Notes under the pieces: model-generated
Seen by the model: only the letters and a program-made list of their open reading frames with translations
Databases searched by the model: none
What the model was told of the DNA's origin: nothing
Shown: piece by piece, positions 56,561 through 64,000 of the stretch
How the letters are laid out: each line of letters starts with the position of its first letter
Position numbering within the stretch: the stretch's first letter is position 1
Origin: Prorocentrum cordatum
Lineage: Eukaryota
Direction: 5' to 3'
Length of the DNA: 64,000 nt
Assembly: GCA_963575745.1 (NCBI GenBank)
Contig: CAUYUJ010000127.1
Coordinates: 1 to 64,000, forward strand
Program-made: the position numbers and the translations under genes

Positions 56561-57834
56561 CGGTAGCAGGAGGAAAATGATGACGAGCAGGCAGAAGGAG
56601 GGAAAGAGGAAGAGGATGAGGGACGGAAGAAGGTTACGACGACAACGACGAGTCAAGCAGAAAATGTTCGCGGAGCATTCGCTCCGCGAGCCTCTCGGAA
56701 GCCTCCCCGAGGCTTTTAGGAGTCATTTCTGATGACTTGGCGGCCCTCCTGAACCCCTCTTGTGAGCTTCTTGGGGCTGCTTAGGAACTCTTGACGCGAT
56801 CGTGGAGGCCACCGACTCAAAAGGGAGATTGCTTTAATTGGCGTTCACCCCCCAGAGACCGAAGCATAGCCTTTCGAGACGCTCTTGGGCGCCTCTTGGG
56901 CGCCCTTGGAGCTCTCTTGGGAGTCTCTTGAGCCGTCTTGGAGCCATCTTGAGACCTCAGAAGCTCATCAGAAGCGAAATGACGACAAGGCAAACATGCA
57001 TGGACTTCCTTATGCTGTTGAAGGATGTTGACGTCTTTGCGGATGTCTTGTTAAAGCCAGAGTGCATTTGAAACCGTCTTTGGGTTACTTGGGGCTATCT
57101 TGAGTCATGCGTTTGCCGATAGGGCCATCTCGAAGACCATCGTGCCGCATGTGGGGCCCGTTTAGAGTCATCTGGGTCCATCTTTGACGCTCTACCCGCT
57201 CGGGTGCGACCCACCGTTCAGACCCACGGGTAGGGGGTATGGGGGTGCGGTCAAGACGCTTCTCCCAGACGGAAGCTGCCTGGCTCACTCCCACCGCGCA
57301 TCCGAAGACACGAGTCGTACCCGGGTCTCGGCATGCTCAGCTGTCGTCTTTGGATGGGGAGCTATTGGGAACCAGTGCAGACCCCAGGTGCGCGGCGCTG
57401 GGGCAAGGTGCGCCACGTCGACCCGACTACCCGTGTCGAAAGCCAGCGAGCAATCGCGGTGGAGTGGCCATCATGATGTCTGGTGGGCCTTCACGCAGCA
57501 GGCAGTATGCCAGCACCACCGCCGTCACTGTCAAAAGCCCATAAAGGGTGATCGCGAGGTGCCCGCGCTTGACTTAGATTCCGCAGCGAAGTGCAGTTTG
57601 TATTGCTTTGATGGCAGGAGTGGTGGTCCCTGCGCGCAGCAGGCCACATGCTGGCGTTCCCGCAGTCCTTGTAAAAAGACAGTGCGTAGCACCCCGCAGA
57701 TGCGGATAAGAGTGAGGGGGCGGTGGGGACGTCAGCAGTCTGCGAGACTCTGGAGAAGCCCGCCGCAGGCGCCGAAGTTTCACAAATTATACAACGAGCC
57801 CGCCGCAGGCGCCGATTTTTCTTCAAACCAGTGT

Positions 57835-58160
57835 GGGTCGGTCGCGGGTGGGTCGCGGGTGGGTTGCGGGTGGGTCGCGGGGTGGATCGCGTGTTTGTCG
57901 CAGGTAGGTCGCGGGTGGGTCGCGGGGTGGGTCGCGGGTGGGTCGCGGGTGGGTCGCGGGCGGGTCGCGGGTTGGGTCGCAGGTGGGTCGCGGGTGGGTC
58001 GTGGGTGGGTCGCGAGTGGGTCGCGGGGTGGGTCGCGGGTGGGTCGCGGGTTGGGTCGCAGGTGGGTCGCGGGTCGCGGGGTGGGTCGCGAGTGGGGCGC
58101 GGGTTGGGTCGCGGGTCGCGGGTGGGGTCGCGGAGTGGGTCGCGGGTGGGTCGCGGGGGG
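57835..58160. repeat. (GGGTCGCGGGT)n G-rich minisatellite
   Basis: Direct reading. Confidence 0.93.
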
Positions 58161-58213
58161 GGACGACGACAACAACCACCAACAACAACAACAACAATAA
58201 TAATTTTAAGACG

Positions 58214-58422
58214 GTTCGCCCTTATATGCTCGAGTGTCCAATAACGCGTATTTCCCAAACCCTCGATCGAACCCCTTTTGGGGGGTATACTTTTCTTTCC
58301 TGCAGGCCGGGCCTCGGCAAGCGGCGGGGCGGCCGCGGACCGTCGGCCTGGCCAGCGGCAGCGCTGATCGGCGGGGCGGCCGCGGACCGTCGACCCGACC
58401 CCAAGAGGGACGGACAGGGGAC

Positions 58423-58454
<32 letters not shown>

Positions 58455-59388
58455 TCGAAGACGACGGCGACGACGACGACGACGGCGACGACGAGCGAAA
58501 GCGAGAGCGAGAGAGAACGACAGCAGGGCCACGAAGGGCACGAAGTAGGCCACGAAGGGCGACAGCGGGGACACGAAGGGAATGCGTATGGGGCCACGAA
58601 GAGTGCGAACGAGCGGGGGCCACGAAGTGCAGATAATGCGGGGCCACAGAAGGCAACTATGGGGCCACTGAGGGTAGCAACTGGGCCACGTAGGACAGTG
58701 AGGGGGACACAAATGGCGACAGCGGGGCCACGAAGGGCATGCACATGGGGCCACAACGGGCGCGACTCCTGGGTGCCTGGGTGTCGGGAGCGCGGCGCTT
58801 GGGCAAATTGCAAGACATTCCACGCAAGGCCATTCTTCAGAAAGTTTCAAGCAAGTCTCCAGCGAGAGCGCGACTCCAGAGCGCCAGGAGAGCGATTCCT
58901 GAATAGATTGTAAGGAAGTCCCAAACGAGAGCGCGATTCCTGAATCAAATGCGAAGAAGTCTCGTGCGGGAGCGGGAGTCCTGGCTAAATTGTAAGGAAG
59001 TCTCAGGCGGGAGCCGTTGTTGTTGTAACCTGGGGCCCGTGGCCCAGTTTGAGCAGGAAGACTTTCCTTGTCAAAAAACAGAGTGCGAGCGTCGAGGGGC
59101 ACACTTTGATGGAGAAAAATCAGTATGCACCGGTGGGGGGGGATCAACAATAATCATTCTTCAGAAGTGAGAATTCAAGAACAACAATCACAACAATCAC
59201 AACAACATCAACAACAACAACAACAATTACACCAAGCACGACAATCACAACAACAGCAATGACAACAATACCAATAACAATGACAGTGCCAACAACATCA
59301 ACAACAACATGAATAACAACAACAATATTAATAACAACAACAACGATCACAACAACAACAACAACAGCAACAACAACAACAGCAACAT

Positions 59389-59419
<31 letters not shown>

Positions 59420-59651
59420 AATGATACGACTGTTCGCTCTTATGTGCTCGAGTGTCCATTAACGCGTATTTCCCAAACCCTCGATACCCGCCATCTTCGT
59501 CTTCGATCGTGCCCCTCTTTGGGGGTACACCGTTCTTTCCTGCAGGCCGGGCCTTGGCAAGCGGCGGGGCGGCCGCGGACCGTCGGCCTGGCCAGCGGCA
59601 GCGGTGATCGGCGGCAACCCGACCCCAAGAGGGACGGACAGGGGACCGACC

Positions 59652-59684
<33 letters not shown>

Positions 59685-61053
59685 TCGACAACGACGACGG
59701 CGACGACGACGACGACGACGGCGACGAGCGAAAGCGAGAGCGAGAGAGAGAACGACAGCAGGGCCACGAAGGGCACGAAGTAGGCCACGAAGGGCGACAG
59801 CGGGGCCACGAAGGGAATGCGTATGGGGCCACGAAGAGCGCGACCGCGCGGGGGCCACGAAGGGCAGATAATGCGGGGCCACAGAAGGCAACGACGGTGC
59901 CACTGAGGGTGGCAACTGGGCCACGTGGGATGGCGAGGTGGCCACAACGGGCGACAGCGGGTCCACGAAGGGCATGCACATGGAGCCACGACGGGCGCGA
60001 CGGGACCACGAAGGGCATGCGTATATTGGGCCGCGGAGGGCAAGGACGGGGCCACTGAGGGCAGCAAGGGGGCCAAGAAGGGCAGCGAGGTGGCCACGAA
60101 GGGCGACGGCAGGGCCACGAAGGGCGTGCATATGGGGCCACGACGGGCGCGAACGGCCACGAAGGGCAGCGAGGGGGCGACGAAGGGCTGCAACGGGGGC
60201 CGCGCAGGGCAACGAGGGGGCCGCGAAGGGTTGCAGCGGGGCCACGAAGGGCAGCCAGCGAGGCGGCCGCGAGGGGCTGCAACGGGGCCACGAAGGGCAG
60301 CGAGGGGGCCACGAAGGGCTGCAAGGGGGCCACGAAGGGTAGCGAGGAGGCCACGAAGGGTTGCAACGGGGCCACGAAGGGTTGCAACGGGGCCACGAAG
60401 GGCTGCAACGGGGCCGCGAAGGACAGCGAGGGGGCGACGAAGGGTTGCAACGGGGCCACGAAGGGCAGCGAGCGGGCCACGAAGGGCTGCAGCGGGGCCA
60501 CGAAGGGCATCGAGGGGTCCACGAAGGCCTGCAACGGGGGGCGCGAAGGGCAACGAGAGGGCAACCGCGAGCTGCAACGGGTCCACGAAGGGCAGCGAGG
60601 GGGGCCACGAAGGGCTGCAACGGGCCACGAAAGTCAGCGAGATCCCGATTCCTAAGTAATATGTGAGGGAGACCCAAGCGTGAGCGCGACTCCTGGGTGC
60701 CTGAGTGTCGTGAATGCAGGAAATTCCAACGCAAAGGCGCTATTCTTGAGTAGATTGCAAGCGAGTGTCCAGCGAGAGCGCGACTCTTGCATAGTTTGTA
60801 AGGAAATCCGAAGCGAGAGCGCGATTCCTGCATAACATGCGAGGACGTCTCAGGCGGGAGCGGGGGTCTTGGCTTAATTGTGAGGAAGTCTCAAGCGAAA
60901 GCCGTTGTTGTTGCAACCCGGGGGCCAACAACACAGTTTGAGGAGGAAGACTTTCCTTGATACAAAATGCAGGGTGCGAGCGCCGGGAGGGGCTTTTCAA
61001 TGGAACAGTTCAATGTGCACCAGAGGGGGGATCAACAATAAATATTCTTCAGT
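58214..61053. repeat. Two tandem copies (58214-59165 and 59432-61053) of a composite repeat with an internal GGGCCACGAAGGG minisatellite, each preceded by (AAC)n
   Basis: Shared start GTTCGC.CTTAT.TGCTCGAGTGTCCA and shared end GGGGGATCAACAATAA..ATTCTTCAG; the minisatellite is much longer in copy 2. Confidence 0.88.
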
Positions 61054-61489
61054 GAAAAGAGCTGAACAACGCAACCAGCAGAATCCTCACCACGGATCCC
61101 CAGTTCAGCCACGCACCCAGGGACCATGAATGACCGCTCGGCCCCCCCAATCTGACAAGGCGCTCGCGGGCCCCCGGGACATGACCCAAGATTTTGACGC
61201 AAAGTGCACGTTGCATGGTTTTTCGACAGGGATGGCGGGGGGGCGCACTGACCCTGGTTTGTCGTCGGTCGGGTGGCGGAGGGATGTGTGTTTATAAGGG
61301 GCAGTCATCAACCTACTCCAAGGCGCAAGCCGTATCGCTCATTCCCATCCGGCATCCCGACATTCAGGCAGCATCCGAGCTTTGGACCCCGATCTCGATG
61401 ATTTCGTGAGTTAGGGCCTATCGTACGCGCGATGCACCAGCACAAATTGACAAATCGTGCACAGTGCACTTTGTATTGATTTCTGTTCG

Positions 61490-62140
61490 GGGTGATGGGC
61501 CTGCACAGAGCACTCAGTCAACGTCAGGACCTCCCCCCCGCCGCCCCCCCCTGTCAGAAGCAAATGAAACATGATGGCGGGGGCCACGAGCATGAATCAG
61601 ATGCTGCCACAACGTTTGTTTGGCATTGTGTGCTGACATGGATGGTGGGTCCGCGCGGAGCAGAAGATACGAGGGCGCCGCCGCCGCCGTCCCTGTCAAA
61701 AATCATTGCGAAGTGCTCATGGGAGCCCGCGCGCGGTCCAGATGTTTGGCGCACGGCGTGCTGCGCAAAGTGTCCTGACGGGGGTGGCGGGCCTGCACCT
61801 TGCGGACACTACGAAGGCGCCCCCGCGGGCCCCCAGTGAAAATCCAATGACACATGATCGGGGGGGTCGAGCATGAACCAGATGTTGCCACACAGTGTGC
61901 TTCGCATTGCGTTTTGACAGGGCTGCCTGGCCCGCGCAGGGCGGACAGTGCGACGGCACCGCCGCCGTCCCGGTCAAAAGCCCACGCGGGGTGCTCCCAG
62001 GACGCCCGCGCACGGTCCAGGTGTTGGCGCAGCCTGCATGTTGCGTCGGTGTTGTTGCAAAGGATGGCGGGGGGGTGGCATTGGCTGGGGTTTGTCGCCG
62101 GTCGGGTGGGAGAGGGGTGTGCATAGTTCTACGAAGCAGT
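61490..62140. repeat. Diverged ~285-bp tandem repeat
   Basis: ACATGAT.G.GGGGG..CGAGCATGAA.CAGATG.TGCCACA at ~61569 and ~61852; related pieces at ~61180-61280 and ~57500-57740. Confidence 0.65.
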
Positions 62141-64000
62141 GATAAAGCTACCCCCGCCGAAGCACGGCCGTCTCGCTCACTCCCACCCGCCCTACCACCA
62201 CACAATCAGCACTCCCTCGTGCTCTCCTCCTCCCTCTCTTGCCTCCTTGCTTCGCTTCTGTGGCTCTCGCCATTCCTCCGCCCCCCCTGCTCTTGGACTG
62301 TGCCGGGCTGGCCTGGCGCTCCATGGCAAGCTCGGGCTCAGGGCTGGGTTCCCCTCCTCGCTCCGAGGGGTGGCGCGCGGAACAAGAGCTACGTTTTCCT
62401 TTCGGCTCACGGTGTGTGGGTCCTTCGAATCTCGGCGTCCGCCCGTTGCGGTGCCCGCGCCCAAAAAAACAAAAACAGCACTCGAGTCTCAGTATGGGCA
62501 GGGGCCGCTATCGACCATGGTCGGGGACCGCTGTGGACGCCAGCCAGGTGCGCGATGCCCGCGAAGTGCGCCGCGCTTGCCGGGGCACCCCCACCGTCCC
62601 CGTCATGTAGCAGTGCTGGGTGACGGCGGGGCGCTGGCGCAGGATCAGTGCCAGCAGGGTCGTATTGTGTCGTGGAGGACGACCAATGGAGAGGAAGCGT
62701 GTTGCCAAATTATTCCCAGATGTCTAGACAAAATCTTTCAAACATTTTTTAAGGAAAAACATGCAAAGCAAACATGTTTGAAACATGTTTAGAACATGCT
62801 TTACACATGTTAACACATTTGGTAATTCGATGATAGGAGGGATAGAGTGTCCATTGTCATGGCATCCACAAGTATTGTATTGTTTGCTGTCAGGGATGAT
62901 GGGGCTGTGCGCAGCAGGACATATGCTGACACCCGCTTCGATTTCTCGTGCGAAAAAGAACATGCAATGTACTCGGTCGGTGCGACTGATCCATAGTTTG
63001 TCGCAACGAGCCCTCGGTATTATTTTTGTTGGGCAGGGGCGGTGGGGTGGTAATATTGTGGTTCCAGGTTCGCCCCCCTGTTTGGTGGGGGAGCGGGCGT
63101 ATATGAATAAGGAAGAAGCCTTTCCCCGAAGCGGAAGAAGGGTGTTGGCAGCGTCAGCACCCTTGACCACCTGCGCCCAGAGTGCTGGTATGATCTCGAC
63201 ATCCACGCTTCTTTCAAAGCGGGCCCGCGGGATTAGTCAGCGCTGGTGTGCTGTTGACTACCAGATGCATCTTGTTCTGAGAATAGTGCCGTCGGGGAAG
63301 GGCTCTGAGCGTGAGGCTTGGTCTGTCGTGCGAAGGTGCTCGGCAGTGCTCCCCCAGAGGGATGGAGACAACGGTCGCCTTACTATAACCAGTAGCACCG
63401 CAGTTAACGAGCACGAGGACGAGGGACCCATAGGTGTTCCAGGAACAAGTTCGAATTCATCTGGTCTTGACGCGTACGAAGAAGACGAGCAAATGGGACA
63501 TCATGAGGAAAATAGGACGAAGCTGCGTGTCATGCCAAGGGGAAACGCGCGACACTATCCTGCGAGAGGGTGACACCCAAGCATCCTGCGACTTGGGCTT
63601 ATCAAGACGCCCCCCCCCCCGAGGGCTAGACTCGTTCGCACGACCAGCTCTTCATCCTGAGTCGTTGTCTGCCTGCCTCGGAGGCTGGCGGAGGGCCCCC
63701 CAGAGGCTGGACACGGCGACAAGCTTCTGCTTCTCGAGACGTGGAAGGTCGGGGAGGAGCGACCACGTGAGGGTGACAGCAGGGAAGGCAGGAAAGACGC
63801 CAAGCAGGGAGGGGCAGGCTCAGGAGCTCCCCCGGCGCTGCCGCCGCACAGCCTCGCCTGGGGGCGCGGACGCTCCCCCCCCCCCCCTCCCTCCCTTCCC
63901 CCTTCCGCCCTCCCTCCTCCAGCCCTCCCTCCCTCCCTCCCTCCCTCCCTCCTCCCTCCCTCCTCTCTCCTCCTCCCTCCTCCTCCAGCCCTCCCTCCCT

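Noticed and set aside
62785..63573. 262-aa ORF near the window end
   Set aside because: Starts in a dispersed repeat shared with ~53440-53580, lacks the GC3 bias of the exons, and has no motif.

Overview
Repeat-dense, GC-rich eukaryotic DNA, almost certainly dinoflagellate: two near-perfect copies of the 22-nt dinoflagellate spliced leader (DinoSL) and short candidate exons with GC donors. A Prorocentrum-like host is only a guess from composition. The one clearly intact protein-coding unit is a ~6.36-kb L1/Tx1-like non-LTR retrotransposon (30885-37247) with ORF1 (coiled coil) and ORF2 (APE endonuclease, RT, CCHC). It starts exactly with a DinoSL, has no poly(A) and runs into (CCT)n. Its ORF1 stop is a CUU-UAG-C candidate +1 frameshift site, and its 3' ORF2 extension holds a fixed 84-nt repeat/variable-spacer array. 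A second element without RT (~15267-18153, CCCH-finger protein) has a similar 3' end and may be a non-autonomous partner. The rest is scattered short exons (a somatomedin-B exon, an antisense ankyrin exon), several MITE families with visible TIRs and TSDs, a 1.75-kb tandem duplication, satellites and large microsatellite blocks. Most ORFs in the supplied track are repeat or GC artefacts. All alignments and counts were done by eye.
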